From: a virus
Direction: 5' to 3' (one strand)
DNA: 64,000 bases
Virus record (IMG/VR): IMGVR_UViG_3300042482_000702
Span: 11,355-75,354 of that record
Under the pieces are notes generated by a model. The model had not been told where the DNA came from. It was given only the letters and a program-made list of their open reading frames with translations, and did no database searches. The translations under genes were made by a program, and so were the position numbers. Shown here piece by piece: positions 27,356 to 37,394 of the stretch (position 1 is its first letter; the number at the start of each line of letters is the position of its first letter).

Positions 27356-27495
27356 ATGTATAAATATGACGATTTTGTCTTTTATTCTATTTGCATAACT
27401 CCACACAATGTGTAGTAAAGGGCAAATGAAATATATTACCAATCACCGCAAGATGAACCCCAATTTTTAGGGTTTATATTACCACCAAAAGTAAT

Positions 27496-27520
27496 AAACC
27501 CCCAACAATGTGAGGGTTTA
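27496..27520. terminator. rho-independent terminator
   Basis: AAACCCCCA-acaatg-TGAGGGTTT + T9. Confidence 0.45.
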
Positions 27521-28285
27521 TTTTTTTTTCATTAGTTCTATAATCTCTTTTCGTAGATGAAATAATTCAGGGTCAGTCATTAAAAGATAACGTGATTTAA
27601 TATCCCGATAATTGTTTGTCATATCCTTAATTGTCCATTTTAAAAATAGAATTGTCAAGTCAATTTTTATTTTCAGGTTTTTCATCTCTTAATATATCGT
27701 GAATCACCAAACAGCAAAAAATAACCAACAATAATATAAAACCGTACAACGGGAATATTGGGTCGGGTATCACAACTTTTATGGTAATAGATTAGGGAAG
27801 ACTAAGATATCTTCGTCTGATAAATACTCATCATCATCGAATTGTTCCATTTTTTTGTGATATTATTTCAATTATTTAAATATATTTGTATTTTTCTGTT
27901 AAATATTCCTTTTTTTCATTAAAATATAACAGAAAAGATACCATAAACTATTGATGATAGAATAAATCCTATTATACACCCTTTTAAAAAACTACAATCC
28001 AAATTTGTTTTTAATGGGATTATCGTTTTACATCTTTGTCTATCACATAAAACATTCCAATAATTTTTAATCATTTCATCAACAACAAAATTATCATTGT
28101 TTTTTACTTTTTCATCCATAACTTTTATTTTTCTGATTCACCAATTATTAAAAAACCTAAAACACCCAATACAAACCATACATTAACAAAATAAGTTAAT
28201 GCACCACATAATAGCATTAAAATGTCGTATTTATTTTTTAACACAAATTGTTTTATTTCATTCATAATTTTTAATTTTAAATAGT

Positions 28286-28471
28286 TTAACAAACGCAGTT
28301 TCCATCACCACCTTTAGCAGGATTACAGACACATTCTTTTTTTTCTTTAACTACTCCGGTAATTAGAGTATATCCCTTGAATATCTCTAATAAAGATTTA
28401 ATTTCATCAACTCTACCTTCACTATTGTGAACGGTAATAGTTTTATCTTCGTGATTTATTATATGTTTCAT
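28286..28471 (-). CDS. small Cys-rich protein (61 aa)
   Basis: C-terminal CVCNPAKGGDGNCVC. Confidence 0.3.
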   Translation of the reverse strand: MKHIINHEDKTITVHNSEGRVDEIKSLLEIFKGYTLITGVVKEKKECVCNPAKGGDGNCVC

Positions 28472-28629
28472 GTTAAAATTATTATATATAGAATAATAAT
28501 AAATATTATTTGAGCAATCAATATTTTAGTACCCAATCTACTTTGTTTCCCAACTCTTAAATATTCTTGTCTTGTCATCTTAAAACATTTTCGATACAAA
28601 GATATTAATCCATTTTATTATAACCAAAT

Positions 28630-30225
28630 TTATATTGAAATATCATCTAATCTGTAATTAACATTTTCATTAACAATATCGTAATCAGGTGATGGGTACC
28701 ATCTATCATCAGGACTATAATCAGGTTTTTCTATATAATCTTCTGAAATTAATGTATCAAGAACACCTTCTAAATTATAACCTCCACCTAGTTTATTTAG
28801 ATTATCTTCAAATATTACATCAATATCTTCATCATCAACATCAACTAAACTACTTAAATCAATTTGGATTTTGGCTCCATCACTATTAAAGAAAGACACA
28901 TTACCATAAAACTCTAACGCCGATTTTATTTCATCCTGTAAATGATTAACATAATCATCAGCATCAGCATCATTTATTGCACTACCGATAGCGTTTTTAA
29001 TTTCATAATCATTATCAACCTCATTTATCGCATCCTCTAAATCTAATTCCTCATCTAATTCTATACCATCTCTTTGAGCCATGTCTCTAACAATCGCCCA
29101 TATCTTTTCTTCGGTTGGTTTATCCATTACATATTGGAAATAAGAACCCAAATCTTCATTATCGTGATGACCCCATAAATTCCAAGCGTCACCTTCCATA
29201 ATCTCTTCAAAAATACTAACCCTTTTTACTACACCTGTTGTTCTATTGGTATAACTATTGTAAGTCCCCCCATCAATATACCTGTAAAAATCATCCGGAG
29301 TAATATCTAATGTAAATGTTGTTGGGAGTGGTTGGGCATCCACAATCCCCATCTTACCTAACAATCGTTGCATGGTTCTTGATGAGAATAACTCCGGTCT
29401 ATTTTGATATAAATCTTTGATTGTTTGTTCAGGTAAATCAGATAGTTTGAAGTCCTGTTCTGATGCGTATTCTGTTCCGAATCCTTGAATCAAGTAATCC
29501 TCTTCTTCACCTGAACCACCTAACACATAGAATAGTGGTAAGATATATTGTTGGTATTTTTCATCCGGCTTAGAGTTCTTAACACCCTTCAACTGATACA
29601 TAATACCGTCCTCACCGATTGCAGCAGTTAAAACCGATTTGTTTAATTTATATTTGTTGTTAATTGGAATCACTTGTCTTAATGAATAAAGATATCCGTA
29701 AGAACTTCTCCCACAGTGACCCATTCTTTCACATTCTGCTTCAGAACTTTTTGTTTCCAAATCAGCCCAATAGAATCCATTACCATCTTCATCTCTAAAA
29801 TCTAATAAAATTGGGTTTGTTTCTCTGTAATTGATATCACCCTGACCAACTTCTAAACTATTGTGCCATTCCTCTGATTTTTGTTGTAATTCTTTAAATG
29901 TTAAATCCTTGTATGGATTCACATTACCATTTAATCCGACTCTAATCCAATCCATAATAGATTGAATCCTACCACGATGTCCGGTAATAAAACGATTACT
30001 GTTCATTTTATCAACCAATACTTGACCCTGACTAGCCGGCTTACCCCAACCTAACTCAACATCTTGTTGAAACCCCATAACTTTTTTAGCCATCCAAACA
30101 GATAACGGACCACAAACAGTATCTAATATATCAGCGTTCTCCTCGTTAAACCCAATCTTATCCATTAAGATTTGTTTCTTGGATGCTTCAGTTATAATTT
30201 GTTTTATACTCTCTATTAATTTCAT
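28630..30225 (-). CDS. large hypothetical protein with MKLIESIKQIITE leader (531 aa)
   Basis: Long ORF, acidic C-terminal half. Confidence 0.55.
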   Translation of the reverse strand: MKLIESIKQIITEASKKQILMDKIGFNEENADILDTVCGPLSVWMAKKVMGFQQDVELGWGKPASQGQVLVDKMNSNRFITGHRGRIQSIMDWIRVGLNGNVNPYKDLTFKELQQKSEEWHNSLEVGQGDINYRETNPILLDFRDEDGNGFYWADLETKSSEAECERMGHCGRSSYGYLYSLRQVIPINNKYKLNKSVLTAAIGEDGIMYQLKGVKNSKPDEKYQQYILPLFYVLGGSGEEEDYLIQGFGTEYASEQDFKLSDLPEQTIKDLYQNRPELFSSRTMQRLLGKMGIVDAQPLPTTFTLDITPDDFYRYIDGGTYNSYTNRTTGVVKRVSIFEEIMEGDAWNLWGHHDNEDLGSYFQYVMDKPTEEKIWAIVRDMAQRDGIELDEELDLEDAINEVDNDYEIKNAIGSAINDADADDYVNHLQDEIKSALEFYGNVSFFNSDGAKIQIDLSSLVDVDDEDIDVIFEDNLNKLGGGYNLEGVLDTLISEDYIEKPDYSPDDRWYPSPDYDIVNENVNYRLDDISI

Positions 30226-30286
30226 ATCACTATAAATATAACAAATTTAATTAATAGGTTAAGATATTTATTATAAAATATAACGA

Positions 30287-30919
30287 ATGAAAAATTTTAT
30301 ACTATACACCCTATTAATATTCTCTCTATCGTCTTACTCACAAGATTTAGTCACCATAAAACACACCAATTACACCACAACATTTAGTAAATCATTAAAG
30401 TATCCAATTGTTGTTGAATGGTGGGAGACAAAATCCAATGTTGCTTGTCCAACCCCATTGAAAAGAAAAGACCAATTCCAATCTGACCCACAATTATTAA
30501 AAGATACCAACCTAATGTCGGATTATGTTCGTTCAGGGTTTGATAGAGGACATATGAGTCCTGCAGCATCCAATCTATGTGGTGGTGATAAAGTTCTAAC
30601 AGAATGTTTTTACTTCTCTAATATGTCTCCCCAGACACATACATTAAACGCTGGTGATTGGAAATCGTTAGAAATGGAGACAAGAAGTATTGCAACCGAA
30701 AAAGATAGTGTACATGTGTGGTGTGGAAACATTGGTGTATTAAAAAAGATTGGTTCTGTTTCTGTCCCAACCAAATGTTGGAAGGTAATCTACATTAAAA
30801 AGACAAAGAAGTTTAAAGCGTATCTTTTCATTAACAATACATCTAAACCGGATGGTATAATAGACAATGAAGTAAGTGTTCTCTTCATCTCAAAACTAAC
30901 CGGATTAACATTTAAATAA
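30287..30919 (+). CDS. secreted DNA/RNA non-specific endonuclease (Serratia nuclease/EndoG family, 210 aa)
   Basis: N-terminal signal peptide MKNFILYTLLIFSLSSYSQ; catalytic SGFDRGHMSPAA (DRGH) and NMSPQ....W..LE blocks. Confidence 0.8.
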   Translation: MKNFILYTLLIFSLSSYSQDLVTIKHTNYTTTFSKSLKYPIVVEWWETKSNVACPTPLKRKDQFQSDPQLLKDTNLMSDYVRSGFDRGHMSPAASNLCGGDKVLTECFYFSNMSPQTHTLNAGDWKSLEMETRSIATEKDSVHVWCGNIGVLKKIGSVSVPTKCWKVIYIKKTKKFKAYLFINNTSKPDGIIDNEVSVLFISKLTGLTFK

Positions 30920-30941
30920 AAAACCCCCTAAAAGGGGGTTT
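30919..30941 (+). terminator. rho-independent terminator
   Basis: AAAACCCCCT-aaa-AGGGGGTTTT. Confidence 0.55.
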
Positions 30942-30945
30942 TGTT

Positions 30946-31191
30946 TTATAAATTAAAGGAGAAATAATTATTCCCATCAAAATCAAAATTCGCAATCACA
31001 TCATCACAACCCCATACAAGTCGGATATATAAACTAATATCGGGATATAAATCACCGGACATTCCTGGAAATTCAATAGTAAGTTTTCTTTCATAATTAT
31101 CAGTTAATGATTCAGAAATAAATACTTTATCCACATACTCCGGATGGTATCGTTTTAATATTCTTATAAAACTTTTGACACCTGATACCAT
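30946..31191 (-). CDS. hypothetical protein (81 aa)
   Basis: ORF. Confidence 0.4.
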   Translation of the reverse strand: MVSGVKSFIRILKRYHPEYVDKVFISESLTDNYERKLTIEFPGMSGDLYPDISLYIRLVWGCDDVIANFDFDGNNYFSFNL

Positions 31192-31195
31192 TATT

Positions 31196-31558
31196 TTATA
31201 ATCCTAATTTTTCTCTTTTTGTTTTTGTATCAACACTTTTAACACTCAACTCACCATATAGTTTTTTAATCTCACCATACGACTTATACCATCTTGGTAT
31301 TGAACCGACATCGTTAATGTAACATCCCATTAAACAACTTGATACACGATTTGATATAAAAGGTAACCCATTACCAAACCGTATTAAAGAATTCTTTTTT
31401 GACCCATCAATTATACTTGGGTTAGAGTTTCTCGCTTTCACAAGGAACTCTAAAACATCCTTATCTTTTGGGGGAAACCCTGTAGAACCTACTTGAGCAA
31501 TTTCATTCGTTAAAAAAATAAAAAAAACCCACACTAATAAAAAAACTAATCCTACCAT
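31196..31558 (-). CDS. membrane-anchored hypothetical protein (120 aa)
   Basis: N-terminal TM helix MVGLVFLLVWVFFIFL. Confidence 0.45.
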   Translation of the reverse strand: MVGLVFLLVWVFFIFLTNEIAQVGSTGFPPKDKDVLEFLVKARNSNPSIIDGSKKNSLIRFGNGLPFISNRVSSCLMGCYINDVGSIPRWYKSYGEIKKLYGELSVKSVDTKTKREKLGL

Positions 31559-31564
31559 AACTTT

Positions 31565-32422
31565 CTATTTTCTATTTAACAATATTCCCTGAACCGAACC
31601 GAAGACATTATTAGAACCATAAGGTGATTTACCTTTCTCCGCCCATACTCTTTCAGTTTCTGCTCTATACAACTCTAACATTTTAGGTTGAGATAGTATC
31701 TCTTTTGTTTTAGCGTCGTAAATAGCCGCCTCATAATTACCTTTAGCCAATGCCACTTTCTTTAGAGCCGTTTGTTCCGCTTGTTTTGTTTGGGAAATAA
31801 TGGTTGCCGTCTCCTGAAGAACCGCAATCTTTCTCTCAATCGCCTTTTTATATGATGCCGGTAATGCCATCTTTAGAATTGCAATATTGTTTAAGGTAAA
31901 TCCTTCCTTATTCAAAGCTACCGTCAATGTTTTAGTGACATCTGACTCATACACATTTCTATGTTGTAATAAACTATCTGATGCGAAATTAACAGCGTTG
32001 TCCAACAATTCTTTTCTAACAATCGTTCTCACTCTCGTTTCTATCAACTCCGTCATATCAACTCTATACTTAACAAACAATTCAGAGGCTCTTGCTCTCT
32101 GTAATTGTAAATTAATAGAAACATCCAACCCAAATGTCGCTCCATCAGCCGATGTTACATCAATATGTTCATCCGTGTCAGAATCTTCATTAATATCTGC
32201 CGTCCATACTTTGTGTTGTACCGATGTTGGATACATATATACATCTTGTGTTGGTGGGAAATAAAAAATAACTCCCGACGCCATTTCAATATTAGGAACC
32301 CCTTTATTAGTTCCAATTTGGTCAACAACCAACGCAACTTCCGCTGAATCAGCAATTTTACAAGAACTAACTCCTAAAATAAACAATAATACTACTCCTA
32401 CAATAATTAAAATTCTTTTCAT
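31565..32422 (-). CDS. SPFH/band-7 (prohibitin/HflK-like) lipoprotein (285 aa)
   Basis: Lipoprotein signal with lipobox VSSC; SPFH core and C-terminal coiled-coil QTKQAEQTALKKVALAKGNYEAAIYDAKTKE. Confidence 0.7.
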   Translation of the reverse strand: MKRILIIVGVVLLFILGVSSCKIADSAEVALVVDQIGTNKGVPNIEMASGVIFYFPPTQDVYMYPTSVQHKVWTADINEDSDTDEHIDVTSADGATFGLDVSINLQLQRARASELFVKYRVDMTELIETRVRTIVRKELLDNAVNFASDSLLQHRNVYESDVTKTLTVALNKEGFTLNNIAILKMALPASYKKAIERKIAVLQETATIISQTKQAEQTALKKVALAKGNYEAAIYDAKTKEILSQPKMLELYRAETERVWAEKGKSPYGSNNVFGSVQGILLNRK

Positions 32423-32459
32423 TTTTCTTTTTTTTTAAATTAATTTTTAAATTGGGTAC

Positions 32460-32467
32460 AAAGATAC
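32460..32467 (-). promoter_or_regulatory. TATCTTTG -7 element for SPFH gene
   Basis: Exact motif ~38 nt upstream of ATG. Confidence 0.35.
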
Positions 32468-32496
32468 CACATTTTTTTTAATACACAACTTTTTTT

Positions 32497-32724
32497 TTAT
32501 TTTTTTTCTTTATCAAAGAAAACACCTTTCATATTCTTCAGGAACATTACAATATTATCTAAATAATAAATTATAGGACCAGCAGTAATTAACGCTAATA
32601 CTAATACTCCCCAAAAAAAGTAAAAGGTACTAGGTTGTGTCATCAGATAAAATGATAGATTAATTAATTCTATCCACAAGAAGATTCCAATTAGAACCCC
32701 CATAAATTTTAATACATTTTTCAT
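32497..32724 (-). CDS. small two-TM membrane protein (75 aa)
   Basis: Paralog of 32750..32998. Confidence 0.45.
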   Translation of the reverse strand: MKNVLKFMGVLIGIFLWIELINLSFYLMTQPSTFYFFWGVLVLALITAGPIIYYLDNIVMFLKNMKGVFFDKEKK

Positions 32725-32749
32725 ATTATTTTTTTTTATTAAAGAAACT

Positions 32750-32998
32750 TTACCTCGTAAGGTTTTTTAAAAGATTTTTCATATTTTTCATAGACATTAC
32801 AATATCGTCCCAAAACACAAATGCCGGCAATACAATTAATGCTATCAACCTTAAAATTCCATAATAAAAGTTAAGAGTGTCAGGTTTTTTCGTAAAATCA
32901 AACGATAATTCAATCGCCTCGAACCACATAAAGATAAGAATTTGATTCCAAAGGAATAATATTATTTTTTTTACATTATTATTCATCTTACTTTTCAA
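32750..32998 (-). CDS. small two-TM membrane protein (82 aa)
   Basis: Paralog of 32497..32724 (E.I.LSF....P.T..F..G.L.L.). Confidence 0.45.
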   Translation of the reverse strand: MKSKMNNNVKKIILFLWNQILIFMWFEAIELSFDFTKKPDTLNFYYGILRLIALIVLPAFVFWDDIVMSMKNMKNLLKNLTR

Positions 32999-33197
32999 TT
33001 AACATATTCGTATTCGCCACCGGAACTCTTAATACCGGAATTACTGAACTTGTTGATTTTTGCATTACTTCATAATACCCACTCTCAATCCTTACCGTTG
33101 GGACATTTTCAAAAGAATATACTTTATATCCATCAAACGCGGATAAAAGGGTTACTGTTTTTTCTGTGCTGTTAAACACCAATACTTGATTTGTCAT
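32988..33197 (-). CDS. hypothetical protein (69 aa)
   Basis: ORF; TATCTTTG at 33213-33220 upstream. Confidence 0.4.
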   Translation of the reverse strand: MTNQVLVFNSTEKTVTLLSAFDGYKVYSFENVPTVRIESGYYEVMQKSTSSVIPVLRVPVANTNMLIEK

Positions 33198-33276
33198 TTT
33201 ATTTTGTTTTTACAAAGATAACATAATTATCCCAATAATAAAACATTTTCACAAAAAAAAAAATAGATTAGAAGAT

Positions 33277-33900
33277 TTACCCAATTTTAGGTGGTAGTGG
33301 CGGGTCTAACAAAAACTTATCATTAACCCAATGTCTTAATTCATTCTCAACAAAATATTCAGGGACTTCTTCGTCTTCTGATTTTTCTGAAGCCAATTCA
33401 CTAATATGTTTAGCAAATTTAATTTTATATTTATCATTTAACATAGTCATTAATCCGTCAGATATGAAAAATATTTTAGAAAATGGGTCGTCTAAATGTA
33501 TTTCACCTTCGGCAACTTGAAAAGCTTTTAATATTAATTTACCCCAAAAAGTTTTATAACTTTCTGTTTCAGTTAAACTTGGTCGTAAAAGTTTATTAAC
33601 CGCTCTCATTGTACTGGCAATAATGCCCGGAATCATAAGTTGGGGTAAGAACCACGGTAATAATCTAATAGTTGTTTTTACACCACCTTCACCAACATGT
33701 CTAAACACTCTTCGTTTGGTTGCACTATCAACAATAGCCTTTAATTGCCCAAAAGTTATCTTACCTTGACTACTACAAAATCTCTCACTATCACAAATAT
33801 TTTTAATAGTTGTTTTTGACGGATGTACCTCTACGTTTTCAAATAATTTAATATATTGGGTTTCATTTACTATAATTCTCATATTTATAAATACATTCAT
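33277..33900 (-). CDS. hypothetical protein (207 aa)
   Basis: ORF. Confidence 0.5.
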   Translation of the reverse strand: MNVFINMRIIVNETQYIKLFENVEVHPSKTTIKNICDSERFCSSQGKITFGQLKAIVDSATKRRVFRHVGEGGVKTTIRLLPWFLPQLMIPGIIASTMRAVNKLLRPSLTETESYKTFWGKLILKAFQVAEGEIHLDDPFSKIFFISDGLMTMLNDKYKIKFAKHISELASEKSEDEEVPEYFVENELRHWVNDKFLLDPPLPPKIG

Positions 33901-33913
33901 ACTTTAAAATAAC

Positions 33914-34741
33914 ATGGAAAAAAATAAATTATTAAAACTTGTTAGTAGAAGCTCTAAATCATTTAAAGAGTTAACTCCAACCCAAATTTATAATAAAATA
34001 CAATCAGACTCAATGTTTGAACCTTTGTTGTCTATATTACAACCTAACGATATTGTATTATATTGTTTTTTAGTTAATCAAAACCAATTAAAAAAAGATA
34101 TTGATGAGATGTATGACCGAATAATTAGTGGTCTATACGCTGTTCAAATTGCTGAAATAGACGAACAAAACCCTGAAGTGGATTGTTCATATTGTGATGC
34201 AGGTCTTACTAATTGTAGTAATTGTGATTCAGCTGGAACTATTTCTTGTGACCAATGCTCTGAAACCGGTGAAGTTGATTGTCATTATTGTGAAGGTAGT
34301 GGTTACGAAGATGATGATACCGAATGTGAATATTGTGATGGTAGTGGCAATGAAACTTGCGATAAGTGTAATGGAGATGGTGAGGTTGATTGTCATTGGT
34401 GTGATGATGGTTATAATCTTTGCGATGAATGTGGTGGAAGTGGAGAAATACCCGATTATGATTTAACATCTGTTGTCTTTTCAGAGTTTGTATCTTGGAG
34501 TGAAGGTTGGAGAAATAATTTTGACACTTATGTTTCAGATGAAATCATTGATGACGATGATTACCACAATTTTATTGAGAATAATCAAACTTTATTACTT
34601 AACTATATCACATTAAAAAGTGAACATTATAAAGATTTTGAAGTTGGTGAATTAGTTTTTGATGGATTAATATTTCAACCGACAATCAGTCGAGCAGGAA
34701 CAATAGGAAATAAATTAGTAGTTAAAAACTTTAGACATTAA
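33914..34741 (+). CDS. Cys-rich protein with 8 DnaJ-type CxxCxGxG zinc-finger repeats (275 aa)
   Basis: CSYCDAG, CSNCDSAG, CDQCSETG, CHYCEGSG, CEYCDGSG, CDKCNGDG, CHWCDDG, CDECGGSG. Confidence 0.55.
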   Translation: MEKNKLLKLVSRSSKSFKELTPTQIYNKIQSDSMFEPLLSILQPNDIVLYCFLVNQNQLKKDIDEMYDRIISGLYAVQIAEIDEQNPEVDCSYCDAGLTNCSNCDSAGTISCDQCSETGEVDCHYCEGSGYEDDDTECEYCDGSGNETCDKCNGDGEVDCHWCDDGYNLCDECGGSGEIPDYDLTSVVFSEFVSWSEGWRNNFDTYVSDEIIDDDDYHNFIENNQTLLLNYITLKSEHYKDFEVGELVFDGLIFQPTISRAGTIGNKLVVKNFRH

Positions 34742-34742
34742 A

Positions 34743-35390
34743 ATGGAAAAACTTATTGGAATGTATTACAAATCCCTTAAAAAGCCAACAAACATAAACG
34801 GTCTTTTACTTTATCCATTTATGGAAGATGGGAATATAAGGTGGGAATATGATAACCAAAATAATGTATCATTTAATATTGATACAATAGAAGGATATTT
34901 AGAACAATTAATTTATGATTTTTTTAAATTAGTGGGTCTTGAACCTGATTTCAGAGAACTAACCCCAAAATATTGTAAAATAGATTCCCCTAAAACTTTA
35001 TATATCACTAACGAATTAAAATCAAAACTTGAAAAGTCATTATCTAAAATAAAGACAATATATCTTTTTGATGGTGAAGAGAATTTTAAATGCGATTCAC
35101 AAATGATTAATTGGGAGTTAAAAAGACAGGACACCGAATCATTATCTCTTTATGTTAGTTTTAAAATTTACAACGCATCTATAGATAAAGAACCGGTTGA
35201 TGATATTAAAGCGAGTATGTGGTTACAAGAATTTACTTATTCTGATGAGGCAATGGAAAGTGAAGAAGATGTGATACACGAAGCGACAAGTATCATATAC
35301 AATGAAAAAAATATATATGATAGTGATTATATGTATGTTAATACGGTACTAGATTATTATGACACCGAAGGTAATCCAATGCTTCGTTAA
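34743..35390 (+). CDS. hypothetical protein (215 aa)
   Basis: ORF immediately following previous stop. Confidence 0.5.
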   Translation: MEKLIGMYYKSLKKPTNINGLLLYPFMEDGNIRWEYDNQNNVSFNIDTIEGYLEQLIYDFFKLVGLEPDFRELTPKYCKIDSPKTLYITNELKSKLEKSLSKIKTIYLFDGEENFKCDSQMINWELKRQDTESLSLYVSFKIYNASIDKEPVDDIKASMWLQEFTYSDEAMESEEDVIHEATSIIYNEKNIYDSDYMYVNTVLDYYDTEGNPMLR

Positions 35391-35399
35391 GTGAATTAT

Positions 35400-36434
35400 C
35401 TATATGTTGTCAGGAAATATTTCATTTATGTCTTTAATAATACGACGATAATCCGCATAATCGGGGATTCTAAAATCAAGACGAGGTTCTTCACCATCAT
35501 CCATTAGTTCATTCATCATAGTTAACCAAGACCCTATATAATCAATATTGTACTGATAACTTCCCCACAAATTTCTATCCCCAACATATTTTTTAATTGA
35601 GTTCTTAACTTCATTGGGATTAAATTTGATATAATAATATTCTATAAGTTGGTCAGGATAATTTCTTTTAGGCTCTGATATCCATTGTGTTGATTTAGTA
35701 TCAAAAAAAGTCTCTAACTCATTCATGACCATATCGTAAATTTCAGATTCTAAAGCGCTATTATAAGCATTGTTATGAATGTTATATAATTCACTTTCTA
35801 AATCTTCTAAATAACCTTCATTCATCAAATAGTTCATTGATTCCTCATCACCTATAACATCACCAACATTATCTGATTCTAAATAAAAAACACCCTCATC
35901 ATCCACATAATTTTGAAATAAATCAGGACTATCATCATCAACCTCAACCTTCCAATTGGTTAATCTATCTAAAATATATGTTTTTAATAAGTTAACATTA
36001 CTAGGGTTTAACTCACTAATAACATCACGATAAACATCATCTGTTGTATTATCATATGGATGCCAACTATCTTCTCCCAATACCGATGTCGCTATCTGAG
36101 ATGCGGTCACATCTCTACCTCTATCATCAAATAAAATTGATAAATCTTCTCGGTCACCCATTTTTAAATAATAACCATCTTCTTTTTGAACAATATTTGA
36201 CAATTGTTTTATACATTTTTGAAGAACCTCTTCACTACCTAATGTGTTAATCATATAGTCAAGTAATTCTAACTGCTCATCCTCTAATTCACCAATAAAT
36301 GGGTCAATTAAATGAATTAAGTTTTTAGTTTTGAAGAATCTTAATACACTATTAATATCACCAAATATATCAACAAGATTATTAATTTCACCTCTATTAA
36401 ATTCCTCAACATATTTTAATAATTTATCTGCCAT
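35400..36434 (-). CDS. acidic hypothetical protein (344 aa)
   Basis: Long ORF. Confidence 0.55.
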   Translation of the reverse strand: MADKLLKYVEEFNRGEINNLVDIFGDINSVLRFFKTKNLIHLIDPFIGELEDEQLELLDYMINTLGSEEVLQKCIKQLSNIVQKEDGYYLKMGDREDLSILFDDRGRDVTASQIATSVLGEDSWHPYDNTTDDVYRDVISELNPSNVNLLKTYILDRLTNWKVEVDDDSPDLFQNYVDDEGVFYLESDNVGDVIGDEESMNYLMNEGYLEDLESELYNIHNNAYNSALESEIYDMVMNELETFFDTKSTQWISEPKRNYPDQLIEYYYIKFNPNEVKNSIKKYVGDRNLWGSYQYNIDYIGSWLTMMNELMDDGEEPRLDFRIPDYADYRRIIKDINEIFPDNI

Positions 36435-36963
36435 AATATCTTTTCCTTTTACTCGTATATTCCGGTGTTCCGTAGATAACTTTTATTCCAGTATTTGTTG
36501 TTATGTTATCTTTAAAATAATCATTTACACCCCAATCTACCTCATCTTTTATTTCCCACCCAAAAATATCATCACTTAATGCGTCTTCTAATGTCCTGTG
36601 TTCATTACCTAAATCAACACTACCCGCCATATCATCTACCTTTATTCTAACAACGACAAATGGTTCATCATCGTCTAAATCCCAATTATCAATATCCACA
36701 ACCTCAAAAAAGAAATCATAATTACCATAATCATCTACATGATGGGGATTTTGAAGTAATAAAGATTTTGCTAACTCTTTTGATTGGTCATTACCTCTAA
36801 ACTCAACTAAATATTTATATGCTTGGTCATAAGTCACCATTGGATTACCACTATCCAACCCGAATAAACTAATAAAAGTTTTATCTACCTTCCATTTTCC
36901 GGTCTTATCCCAATATTTGAAAAAGATGTTCTTTAATTTGGATTCTGTCAGTATAAATTTCAT
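36424..36963 (-). CDS. MKFILTESK-leader protein (179 aa)
   Basis: Leader MKFILTESKLKNIFFKYWDK. Confidence 0.55.
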   Translation of the reverse strand: MKFILTESKLKNIFFKYWDKTGKWKVDKTFISLFGLDSGNPMVTYDQAYKYLVEFRGNDQSKELAKSLLLQNPHHVDDYGNYDFFFEVVDIDNWDLDDDEPFVVVRIKVDDMAGSVDLGNEHRTLEDALSDDIFGWEIKDEVDWGVNDYFKDNITTNTGIKVIYGTPEYTSKRKRYYGR

Positions 36964-37019
36964 TGATTAATTGTCTCGTTAAATTATAATTATAATGATA
37001 AATAGTTAAAACTACAGAA

Positions 37020-37370
37020 ATGGCTCATCCAATATTACATTCTAAATCATCCGCCAAAAAGTTTGGTGGAATATGGGAAGATTATATCCATCTACATAAT
37101 TGGCTAGACGAAACCAAGGCGTGGTATGGACATTCATTACATAGAATTTTCAGACATCACAGTGAGGGCATATTTGAGATGGAACAGAAGTTTGGAGCAT
37201 CCTTTACAAATAGTGATGGGAAAATTGTTTATACCCGATATGTGGGTGAACAGCATGTTAAAGAAGATTGTTATAATTATATTCCCACAGCCCGTGAGTG
37301 GTTACAAGCATTAGAAAATAAAGAAAAACCGATGTGGATGATAAGAACTTTAGATATTAATGTAGATTAA
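37020..37370 (+). CDS. hypothetical protein (116 aa)
   Basis: ORF. Confidence 0.45.
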   Translation: MAHPILHSKSSAKKFGGIWEDYIHLHNWLDETKAWYGHSLHRIFRHHSEGIFEMEQKFGASFTNSDGKIVYTRYVGEQHVKEDCYNYIPTAREWLQALENKEKPMWMIRTLDINVD

Positions 37371-37394
37371 CATATTTATAATAAAAAACAGATT

